From NCBI GenBank assembly GCA_030390025.1, contig CM059431.1, positions 137,456,001 through 137,520,000 of the forward strand: a DNA stretch of 64,000 nt, in the 5' to 3' direction. Shown here piece after piece: positions 38,248 through 49,700 of the stretch. The stretch comes from Squalus acanthias. Its lineage: Eukaryota. Under the pieces are notes generated by a model. That model was not told where the DNA came from, ran no database searches, and saw only the letters and a program-made list of their open reading frames with translations. How positions within the stretch are numbered: position 1 is the first letter of the stretch; every line of letters begins with the position of its first letter. The position numbers and the translations under genes were made by a program.

Positions 38248-38284
38248 AGTTAACGTTTCAGGTCGATGACCCTTCGTCAGAACT
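38248..38284 (-). ncRNA. Minimal type I hammerhead ribozyme motif
   Basis: Minus strand reads AGTT-CTGACGA-agGGTCatcGACCt-like helix II-GAAA-CG-TT-AACT: both core boxes intact, helix I AGTT/AACT, palindromic AACGTT helix III. Confidence 0.75.
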
Positions 38285-40176
38285 GGAAAAAGTTGGAGAT
38301 GGAACAGGTTTTTAAGCAAGTGTAGAGTTAGGGAGTGGGGGGAGGGGATGAAAGGACAAAAGGAAAGGTCTGTGATAGGATGGAAGGCAGGAGTGATTAA
38401 AAGACAAAAGGGATGATGGTGCAACGCAAAAAGAGATGGTATTGGGACAAGTTAAGAAACAAAAGATGACTCGAGATGAAGTGTAAATGGCAATGGCAGA
38501 ATCATCAACCGCTGCCATGTGAAAGAGAGAAAAAAATGATATGGACAGAGGTTATGGTCTGAAATTGTTGAACTCGATGTTGAGCCCAGAAGGCTGTAAA
38601 GTGCCTAATCGAAAGATGAGGTGCTGTTCCTCGAGCTTACGTTGAGCTTCATAGCAACAGTGTAAGAGGCTGAGGACAAAGAGATCAGAGTGGGACTGGA
38701 GCGGAGAATTAAAGTGACAGGAGATCGGAAGCTCAGGGTCATCCTTATGGACTGAGTGGAGGTGTTCTGCAAAGCAGTCACCCAATCTGCGTTTGTTCTC
38801 CCCAATGTAGAGGAGACCGCATCATGAGCAGCGAATACAGTATACTAAATTGCAAGTACAACAAGTAAATCGCTGTTTCACCTGGAAGGAGTGTTTAGGG
38901 CCCTGGACAGTGGGAAGGGTGGAGGTAAAAGGTCAGGTGTTGCATCTCCTGCGCTTGCACGGGAAGGTGCCGTGGGAAGCAGAAGGTATGTTGGGGGTGA
39001 GAGAGGAGTGGACCAGGGCTTCGCGGAGGGAGCAGTCCCTTCGGAACGCTGAAAGGGGAGGTGAGGGGGAGATGTGTTTGGTGCTGGGATCACGCTGGAG
39101 GTGGCGGAAATGGCGGAAAATGATCCGTTGAATGTGGAGGCTGGTGGGGTGAAAGGTGAGGACAAGGGGAACTCTATCGTGGTTCCGGGAGGGAGGGGAA
39201 GAGGTGAGAGCAGAAGTGCGGGAAATAGAACAGGCACGGTCAAGGGCCGTGTCAACCACGGTAGAGGAGAATCCTCAGTTAGGAAAAAGGAAGACATGTC
39301 AGAAACACTAGTGTGGAAGGTGGCATCGTCAGAGCAGATGCGGTGGAGACAGAGAAACTGGGAGAATGGAATAGAGTCGTTACAGGAAGCGGGTTGGCAG
39401 GAAGTGCAGTTCAGGTAGCTGTGGCTTATAGTGAATGTTTGTCAAGAGCCTATCCCCAGAGATGCAGTAGAGAAGTCGAGGAAGGGAAGGGAAGAGTCGG
39501 AGATGGACCATGTGAAGGTGAGAGAAGGGTGGAAATTGGAACCAAAGTGAATGAAATCATCCAGTTCAGGGCGAGAGCAGGAAACAGCACCGATACAGTC
39601 ATCAATGTACCGGAAAAAGAGGTGAGGGAGGGGACCCGAGTTGGACGAGAACAATGAATGTTCCACATATCCCACAAAAAGGCAGGCATAGCTAGGACCC
39701 ATGCGGGTTCCCAAAGAAACAATGGACCGTCATTTACATGATATTTTCACTCTTAAATTATACTGGTGTGATCTCCCGACAGCACAGCAATGCCCGATCC
39801 ACAATTCAGGCTGGAAATGTGAATGCGCTTCCTGCCCACAATATTGGCCGCAGGAGTTCGATAACCGGCAGTGCGCGACTGAATATCTAGGCCTATGACT
39901 AAACACTGCACTCACTGGTACATCATCCATTTGAGTCATCCAGGGAAGCCGCAATAAATTAATTTTCTCTGCTGATTAATCGGTGTATTAGACAGACTGA
40001 CCACTGGGAGTTGGATGTTTTATCCTGGTCAGTGACGTCCACTGGCAGCAAAGGCCAGTCACATGACCAGCTGGATAAACCACTGGAGTAATGACAACAT
40101 CTGCAAATTTAAAATAAAAACAGAAAATGATGGAAATACTCAGCAGGTCGGACAGAATCTGGAGAGAGAGAAACAG

Positions 40177-40213
40177 AGTTAACGTTTCAGGTCGATGACC
40201 CTTCGTCAGAACT
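40177..40213 (-). ncRNA. Second, identical minimal hammerhead motif
   Basis: Same 37-nt sequence as 38248-38284, inside the duplicated block. Confidence 0.75.
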
Positions 40214-41267
40214 GGAAAAAATTGGAGATGTAACAGGTTTTTAAGCAAGTGTAGAGGCAGGGAGTGGATGAAAGAACAAAAGGAAAGGACTGTGATAGGA
40301 TGGAAGGCAGGAGTGAGTGGAGTCAAAGGAGAAGTTGTTCAATGTGAGAACAAGTTCAGCCAGGCGGAGGAGGGTGGTGGTGGATGGGGACTGGTTGGGC
40401 CTTTGTTCAAGGAAAAAGCAGAGCGCTCTCAGGCCGTCCTGGTGGGGGATGGAGGTGTAGAGGGATTGGACGCCCGTAGTGAAAGGAGACGGTTGGGGCC
40501 AGGAAACTGGAAACTGTGAAAGTGGCGGAGGGCGTTGGAAGAGTCACGGATGTAGGTGGGAAGAGACTGGACAAGGGGACAAAACTAGAGTTGAGATAGG
40601 AAGAGATAAGTTCCGTGGGGCAAGATCAGGCTGAAACGATGGTTCTACCAGGGCAGTCCTGTTTGTGGATCATGGGGAGGAGGTAGAAGCGGGCTGTGCG
40701 GGGTTGGGAAACTATGAGGTTGGCGGCCGTGGAGGGAAGATCTCCAGAGGAGATGAGGTCAGTGACAGTCTTGGAAACGATGGCTTGATGTTCGGTAGTG
40801 GGGTCATGGTCCAGGCGGAGGTAGGAGGAGGTGTCGGCGAGGTGGCGTTCAGCCTCCGCTAGGTAGAGATCGGTTCGCCAAACAACAACAGCACCACCCT
40901 TGTCTGCAGGTTTAATGAGAATGCTGGGGTTGGATCTGAGAGAATGGAGTGCTGCAAGTTCAGAGGGAGGTAGGTTGGAGTGAGCGAGGGGAGCAGAGAA
41001 AATCGAGACGGCCGACGTCACGCCGGCAGTTTGCAACGAATATTTAAAGATAATCCCAAACCTGGTGTTAATGGTAACTTCATCCCACACATTTCAAGGA
41101 CACATTTCAGAATCAGTGACAAGTGAAAATGAAGTTGAATTCTGTTTGCCCAGCTCTTGAACTTTTCACCCCGAGATTCTAGAAATGTCTAAACCAATGG
41201 TCAAAGTTAAAGCCTCTGATAATCAGAACCGAAATAATCTGTTTGACATCTTCAGCCCATCACCTAC

Positions 41268-41333
41268 CTTTCAGCTGACTGGGAACTTCGGATAAACATT
41301 CTGTGGCTTTCATGTCATTAAATCGAAAGAAAC
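41268..41333 (-). CDS. NLR coding exon 4 (66 nt linker, GFFRFNDMKATECLSEVPSQLK)
   Basis: aacag acceptor, GTAGGT donor, phase 1-1, open frame joining exon 3 to the NACHT exon. Confidence 0.75.
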
Positions 41334-41424
41334 CTGTTTAAATAAATTAGCTTTCATGAAAACAAATCTGTGCACTACTTTAGTAAAATATGTAATTTTA
41401 GATGTGAAGTTGATTTTACCGTAC

Positions 41425-41596
41425 CGTGTTCCTGTATTTCTCTCAGTATTTTGTCCAGCTTTGGTACCCCATGGCGCATATTCACAAAGGATTCCCACAT
41501 TGTCCTTCGGGCCCGAGAGCCTTTCTCCATCACCAGATTTAGGAGAAGTTTGGAACTGTCCGCCCGGTTTCCCTTCTCCACGAGCTCAGTGATTTT
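41425..41596 (-). CDS. NLR coding exon 3 (second half of death-fold/CARD-like domain)
   Basis: KITELVEKGNRADSSKLLLNLVMEKGSRARRTMWESFVNMRHGVPKLDKILREIQEH; ctacag acceptor, GTACGG donor, phase 0-1. Confidence 0.85.
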
Positions 41597-42289
41597 CTGT
41601 AGAGAATAATAATGAATATATTGATGAGCGGAGTGAAGGGCCTGCAGTGAAAATGAACTGGGGCAGATTGTCCTCTTACAGCACTTGGGCGAGAGGACTG
41701 TCTGGGTGGAGCAGGAGGAGGAAAACAAGTCGGTGTTGGTTTCCCACCGGGAACAAAGCCTGCTTTCGGTCCTGTGCACTCTCAATACTCCCCGTCCCAC
41801 ACCTGTCTCTGGCACAACTGTACACTGCTTTATTTCAAATATCTATCGCTAAATTCAGAGCAATGTGTCGAATCACTGACCATCCTCAGCAATTTGAACA
41901 CAGATACTTTGCTTGTTGCTGCTGAGTTCAGCCTGACACTGACTCTGCAACAGGAGGGAAAATGGGCGCTGATTCGCTGTGAGCCCATTTCACAATACTG
42001 AAGATCAATGTCAACCCATATTGGGCCAGTTTATTGAATTCAAGGCTGCTGATTCTGTTCAACAGCTGGATCAGGGTATTTAACTTACTTTAAGTGAATA
42101 TTCGTTACCAGTGGTTTATCCTTTTGACACTAACTTCGCTAGTTTGTTTGAAATGGGAGATAGATGTTCTTCCCTCCAGATGAATGATGCTGGTCAGTAG
42201 AATATTTGCAGAACCAGATATTAAAATTCGCAGACAAAAAATTTACTGCTTCTCAGGAACTGCAGCTAATCTGAGCTGGCTCGAGCCAA

Positions 42290-45138
42290 ATTCTTCCAAT
42301 ACTCCTTGGACTTGAGTGGTGCCAGCGGAGTGGAGAGTTGCAAATGTTACACCCCTGTTCAAAAAAGGGGAGAGGGATGAACCCAGCAACAACAGGCCAG
42401 TCAGCCTAACCTCGATAGTGGAGAAACTTTTAGACACAATAATCCAGGACAAAATATTCCCTTGGAAAAGACATGGGTTAATAAATTGCAGCCAGCATTG
42501 AATTATTAAAGGCATCTCGTGGTTGAATAAATTGATTGAGTTGTTTAATGAATTAACGGTTGACAAGGGTAGTGCGGTTGATGTTGTGTATATGGACTTT
42601 CAAAAGACGTTTGACCAAGAACCACGTAATAGACATGTTAGCAAATTAGAAACCCATGGGATTAAATGGGCAGTGGCAGCGTTGATAGGACATTGTCTAA
42701 GGGAAAGAAAACAGAGAGCAGTTGTAAACGGCTGTTTTTCAGACTGGAGGAAAGAGTGCAGTGTTGTCCCACAAGGCTCAGTATTAGGGCGACTGCTCCT
42801 TTCGATATATATTAATGACCTGCACTTGGGGATACAGAGCATAATTTTTTTTTAATTGCAGATTGCGCAAAACTCAGAAAGGTAGTAAATAGCGAGGAGG
42901 ATAATAGCAGACTTCAGGAGGGCATAGACAGTCTGGTGAAATGGGCAGACACATGACAGAGAAGTGTGAATTGATATAATAATAATAGTCGGGGATTTCA
43001 ACTTCCCCAATATTAACTGGGATAGTCAGAGTGTGAAAGGCATCCAGGAGTGTTTCTTGAGCCAGCATGTAGAAAGTCCTATAAGAGAGGGGGCGGTACT
43101 GGGCCTAATTCTGGGGAATGTAGCCGGGCAAGTGGGAGAAGTGTCAGTAGGAGAGCATTTTAGTGACAGTGACCATAATTCGGTGAGATTTAAGGTAGTA
43201 ATGGAAAAGGACAAAGATGGACCGGAAATAAAGGTTCTAAATTGGGGGAAGGCCGATTTTAATATGATAAGGCAGGATCTGGCCAAAGTGGACTGGGATC
43301 AGCTACTTGTAGGAAAAACCACATCAGAGCAGTGGGAGTCTTTCAGAAAGGAAATAGAGAGAGTACAGCGCCAACATGTTCCCGTAAAGGTCAAGCGTCG
43401 GACCAACAAGCCCAGGGAACCCTGGATGTCAAGGGATATACGAGAATGGATTAGGAAAAAAAGGGAGGCTTTTGGCAGATACAAAGGACTAAAAACAGTG
43501 GAAGCCCTAGAGGAGTATAGAAAGTGCAGGGGGGTACTTAAAAAAAGAAATTAGGAGAGCAAAGAGAGGGCATGAAAAAACACTGGCGGGCAAAATAAAG
43601 GAAAATCCCAAGGTGTTTTATAGTATATTAAGGGCAAGAGGATAACCAGGGAGAGTAGGGCCCATTAGGGACCAAAGTGGCAATGTGTGTGTAGAACAGG
43701 AAGATGTAGGTGAGGTTTTAAATGAACATTTTGCATCTGTGTTCACTATGGGGAAGGACGATGTAGGCATAGAAATCAGGCAGGGGGATTGTGATATACT
43801 TGAACAAATTAGCAGAGGGGGAGGAGGTATTAGCGGTTTTAGCAGGCTTAAAAGTGGATAAATCCCAAGGCCCAGTCGAGATGTATCCCAGGCTGCTGTG
43901 TGAGGCAAGGGAGGAGATTGCAGGGGTACTGACGCAAATTTTCAGAATCTCTCTAGCTACAGGGGAGATGCCAGAGGACTGGAGGACAGTTAACGTAGTA
44001 CCATTATTCAAGAAGGATAGTAGGGATAAACCAGGGAATTACAGGCCAGTGAGCCTAACATCAGTGGTAGGGAAATTATTGGAATAAATTCTGAGGGACA
44101 GAATTGGTCTCCACTTGGAGAGGCAAGGATTAATCAAGGATAGTCAGCATGGCTTTGTCAGGGGGAGATCATGTCTAACCAAGTTGATTGAATTTTTCGA
44201 GGAGGCAACTAGGTGTGTGGATGAGGGTAGTGCAGTTGATGTAGTCTACATGGACTTCAGAAAGGCTTTTGACAAAGTCCCGCATGGGAGACTGGTCAAG
44301 AAGGTAAGAGTCTATATGATCCAGGGAAATTTGGCACATTGGATCCAAAATTGGCTTAGTGGCAGGAGGCAGAGGGTGATGGTCGAAGGTTCTTTTTGTG
44401 ACTGGAAGCCTGTGTCCAGTGGTGTACCGCAGGGATCGGTGCTGGGTCCCTTGCTGTTTGTAGTGTACATTCATGATTTAGATATGAATGTAGCAGCTAT
44501 GATCAGTAAGTTCGCAGATAACACGAAAATTGGTGGCGTGGTAAATAGAGAGGAGGGAAGCCTCAGGCTACAGGACGATAGACGGGTTGGTCAGATGGGC
44601 AGAACAGTGGCAAATGGAATTTAACCCTGAAAAGTGTGAGGTGATGCATTTTGGGAGGACTAACAAGGCAAGGGAATACACAATGAATGGTAGGACCCTA
44701 GGAAGGACAGAGAAACCTTGGTGTGCATGTACATAGATCCCTGAAGGCAGCAGGACAGGTAGATAAGGTGGTTAAGAAGGCATATGCCTTCATTAGCCGA
44801 GGCATAGAATATAAGAGCAGGGAGGTTATGATGGAGCTGTACAAAACGCTAGTTAGGCCACAGCTGGAATACTGTGTGCAGTTCTGGTCGCCACGCTATA
44901 GGAAGGATGTGACTGCATTAGAGAGGGTGCAGAGGAGATTCACCAGGATGTTACTGGGCTGGAGCGTTTCAGCTATGAAGAGAGACTGGACAGGCTGGAG
45001 TTGTTTTCCTTAGAGCAGAGAAGGCTGAGGAGGGACCTGATTGAGGTGCACAAAATTATGAGGGGCATAGATAGGGTCGATAGAAAGGAACTTTTCCCCC
45101 TTAGTAGAGGGCTCAATAACCAGGGGGCATAGTTTCAA
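42290..45138 (+). mobile_element. Two adjacent decayed CR1 LINE pieces (RT fragment at about 42290-42975; EN-RT at about 42980-45138)
   Basis: WRVANVTPLFKKG, VDVVYMDF, GDFNFP, SDHN, SGVPQGSVLGPLLF, KFADNTK. The second piece breaks off at 45138. Confidence 0.9.
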
Positions 45139-46795
45139 TGTATTTGGTATCATTCTATTCGGTTAATCTGTAGAATTCGCAAAATTATCACGATTTTATA
45201 AATAAGAAGGAGACACATAGTTTCGTACAAACAGCTTTATTTCAGCAGAATGCTGTCAGGTTTTCAAAGTGGACACAACCAGCCTGTAAAATGGCCGCCA
45301 CGCCTCGTGGCAGAACGTTCTAGACTTTTCGATCAGCAGACAAGATGGCGTTCCAATAAACATTTGTGCGAGATCGGACAAGACTCAGCACATTTGAGAT
45401 AATTCACAAGACATAATGGGTTTGCATTTTACACATAAATACTGGAATCAGTCTCCCAGGTGCGAATAAGGGCTATTGTACCGAGTGATCAAGAACCCAT
45501 CCAAAGACATTAATATGCAAAATCCCCATGACTCTACGATGAGAGAGCCGTTTGCGGGTAGTTACAGAAACATTTGGAAGCCCCAAAACCCCTCCAGGGA
45601 GAATACTGACCGGTTCCACAATGGGAGAAGTATTAACGGGTACTCAGGCAGTTACAAGTATCACCGAAACGCATTAAAACGGAGATCACCCTATACAAGA
45701 AGTTTGAGCGCCAAAACCCTGACAAAAGAAAAGACATTAAGATTGGGCGGGAAAAGAGGAATTACAGCACTATAACTGTAAGGTACAACCGTCCATCTGT
45801 CTCTTGACTCTTGGATCCTGACTCTTGCTGCTCGACTTGCTGGAAGACTATTGAACTTTCTGATCCGCCAGGATCAACCTCGTGGCTTGCCGCGAAGATC
45901 TGTGTAGAACTGGGCTGTGAAGCCTTGAAACGGGCACACCATCCCGAGAAGTCGGTAAACGGTGTTGGAACCGAAGGCCCGAGATGAGATGAGAAGAGAA
46001 GACGACGACAATACGTATCGCCACGGTCAGTAAGCCCCGACCGCGCCTGTAGGTCGAATAAACACTTTCCTTGCCCAGGAAGACCATTCTTTGAGTTTTA
46101 CAAACTGGCGTGAGGGCACAGGAAGACCATTCTTCGAGTTTTATCGCATCGGTGTGAGGGCACAGGAAGACTATTTTTTGAGTCGTGTCGGAACTCCGAG
46201 GACAACACAGATCTTCATGACAGCAGACGGTCCAGCCTGCTAACCGGAGCAGAAACGAGTAAACAAGTGGGGTACAGAGACACCTGATCAACACGTGGGT
46301 GGTCAGGTGCAGCGGTAAAAACATCCGAGCAGAGTTTCGGAATTCTCCGAGTTATCACGAGTGGTGAGCATAAGTCTCGATCCTACAAATCTAGTTTAGG
46401 TCAGGTATTGATAGGGGCGGGTTTAAGTTTTAAGGATAATTGTAATGTGTGTCCCCTTTTACGATGTGTCGTGTGCTCCTCGTTTCCCAAAAATTAGTTA
46501 CATAACTGCGTGTAAGATTGTACTGTCATTAATCTGAGCTTATGACATGTATTTCGTAATCTTGAATAATATGCAATAAAGATTTTCCATTTCGCACTAT
46601 TCAGCCGGGTCTACCTGAGTTTTCTCTGCATTATTGCTCTCGCACCTAAGTCCAGTGTCAGAACCGTAAGGGCGAGTGGGTCGAACCACTCACAGGTGTC
46701 TAGTGTTACCAGGCTGGCTGGAGACCAGAACAGTCAACAAGGCCTAACCCCGCACTAGCACCCAGGCTAAGCACAGAGCCACAGGTCTCACCCCT

Positions 46796-49700
46796 TGTCG
46801 TAAGAATGAGCCTTACGCGTGGTGAACTTAAAGTAAGCTTTAATCAACTAAAAAGGTGCTACATACAAAAGAGGTCTTACTCTATGCCTCTCCAGGATCC
46901 AACTGATCAGCCCAGTATTTATCCTGGACGAATCACAGGAAGTGACGTAATAAAGTTCAACTCACAGGAAGCTGTATTGTGTTACCACATTCTCCCCCCC
47001 CAAAAGATTAGGAGGCCGGGATGAAGTTCGAGTCACAGGAAGCTGTATTGCGTTACCACATTCTCCCTCCATTTCGTAGCCGCTGGACGAGGGAGAGCCG
47101 CACCCGTTTGGGTTCTCGTAGCGGTAGAGGGCCCCTAGCCCGTTTACCCGCCGCGGGCCGTGGACCAGAGTCCGAGTGATCCAGCCCGCTCTGTGAGGGG
47201 TCAGGACGATCCTGACTGTGTACTGGTGCCCGAACGGGTGTCGGGCAGGGCTGTGGCAGATCCGTTTCCGAGCGTACGGTACGGGGTGGATCGTGGCTGC
47301 GTGTGCGAGCCCCGACGGGCTCATAGTCAGTCTGCCCCAGGTCGGCACGCTGGAGTGAGGTACCAGCCGGCGTCAGATCCAGATCGTGATGAGAGGCACC
47401 TGGCGAGCCCAGAGATGTGCCTGGTACAATATCATCCCCTGGTGTCCCTCTATGTTTCGGCGGGCAGGGAGCCAGATCCCGCAATGACACGGTAGATTCC
47501 CGACCGTCAGGATACCGAATATAGGCGTAGGTAGGGTTGACGTCAGTGAGCTCAACTTCATCTACCAGGGGGTCATTCTTAGACGCCCGAACATATCTTC
47601 GGAGTAGCACTGGTCCCGGTGCAGTCAGCCACGACGGGAGCGATATCCCATAGGATGAGCGACGCTGAAATCGGAAGAACCGTTCATGAGGCGTCGTATT
47701 TGTAGCGGTCGAAAGGAGGGACCGTGTGGAGTGTAATGCGTCTGGAAGTACTGCTTCCCATTGCTGGTTGGGTCGGCCCCGAGATCTCAAAGCCAGACGT
47801 ACCGCATTCCAGATGATAGCGTTAAAACGCTCGACTTGCCCATTCCCGACCGGATGATAAGGCGTCGTTCTGCTGGCAGCAATACCCCGTTCCGAGAGAT
47901 AGGCCTTGAGTTCTCCTGACATAAAAGAAGGGCCCCGATCCGAATGAACATAGGATGCCATGCCACAGAAAGCAAATACCTGCTCGAGGCAGCTGATAAC
48001 CGTGGTCGTCAGCATATTGAGGCAGGGAAAGGCAAACGGAAAACGGGAATACTCATCGACCATGGTCAATAGATAAGTGTTGCGAGTTGAAGAGGGCAAC
48101 GGCCCCTTAAAATCGATGCTAAGCCGTTGCATTGGCTGGGTCGCATGTATGAGTATACCACCCGAGGGGCGGAAAAACTGAGGTTTCAATTCCGCACAGA
48201 CTCTGCAGTCCGAGCACATCTTCTTTACATCCCCGGTAGAAAATGGGAGATTTCGGGACCGCACGAAGTGTAGCATGCGAGTAACGCCCGGATGACACAA
48301 CCCATCATGGATGTCTACGAGCGTAGAGGGTGCCATGGCGGAGCAGAATGCTCGTGTGAGGGTATCCGGAGCCACATTCTCCTTGCCAGGTCGATAGTGG
48401 ATGGTGTAACCAAAAGAGGCCAATTCCAGCCGCCAAAGCTGGATTTTATTATTTTTAATTTTGGTCCGTTTTCGATTATCGAGCATGAAGGCGACCGATC
48501 GCTGGTCCGTGATTAAGGTAAAGTGCTGGCGAGCTAGGAGATGACTCCACTTCCGTACTGCCTCTATGATGGCTGTAGCTTCTTTCTCGACTGGAGGATA
48601 ATGTAGCTCAGCCCCTTGAAAAGTCCTGGACAAAAATGCCACCGGACGACCTTCCTGATTCAGAGTGGCCGAGATCGCCACCTCCGAGGCATCACACTCA
48701 ACAACAAAAGGAAGACTCTCATCGATGGAGTGAAGAGCCGCTTTCTCCAACTGTTTTTTCAGGAGGTTAAAGGCTGCAACAGCCGCTGTGTCTAGTGGGA
48801 ATGTGCTGGCCTTCAGTAGAGGTTGGATTCGGTCCGAGAAGTTAGGAATCCATTTGGCATAGTATGCAAACAGGCCGAGGGCCCGGCGCAAGGAGGCCGG
48901 ATTCTTAGGTGGCGGGAGTTCTTGGAGTGGGCGAAGCCTTTCAGGGTCAGGTTTAATGATGCCATTGCCCACACAATAGCCAAGGATGTTGATGGTTGGT
49001 TGTGACTCAATGGATTTAGCCGCATTTAATGTCAAATTACGGTGCTGGAGTGCATCCCAAAATCGTTGGAGATTGGCGTCATGTTCCCGCTGATTGCGAC
49101 CTGCGACAGTAATATTGTCCAGATAAGGAAACGTATCCTTCAAGTCTTCCTGTTTGACCAGGTCATCCATTGCTCGCTGGAAGACAGCCACTCCATTAGT
49201 GACCCCAAAGGGGAGGCGACGAAATTGATACAGCCGTCCATTGGCTTCAAAGGCCGTATACTGCTTGTCTGAGACCTTCAAGGGTACCTGATGATAAGCA
49301 CTTTTCAGATCATATGTTGAGAACACCGTGTACTCAGCCAGTTTATTAACCATATCATCGATGCGAGGCAATGGGTATGCGTCCAAGTCCGTATATTGAT
49401 TGATGGTCTGTGAATAGTCAAAGCACAGCCGTTTCTTATGAGGTTGTAGAGGGTTCTTAACAATAACGACCTGGGCGCGCCATGGCGACGAACAAGACTC
49501 GATGATATCCTCTGCTAAAAGCCGAGAAATCTCAGCCGCAATAAAAGACTGGTCTTCCTGACTGAAACGTCGTGACTTTGTTATAATCGGTTTGCATCGA
49601 GGAGGGATACAGGTAAACAGTGAGGGTTCATCCAGTGAAGCTGCTGACAATGCACAGAACGGTAATCGAGGTCGTATATTAGAAATAGTGAGTTCAGGTT

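Larger units (their letters stand above)
38175..41000 (-). mobile_element. Penelope-like retroelement (RT + GIY-YIG endonuclease), decayed and split by a local duplication
   Basis: IKPADKGGAVVVW, ARFYLLPMIHK, MGTRMGPSYACLF...FRYIDDCIG, NLVYCIRCS*CGLLYIGE...GLNIEF. Confidence 0.92.
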
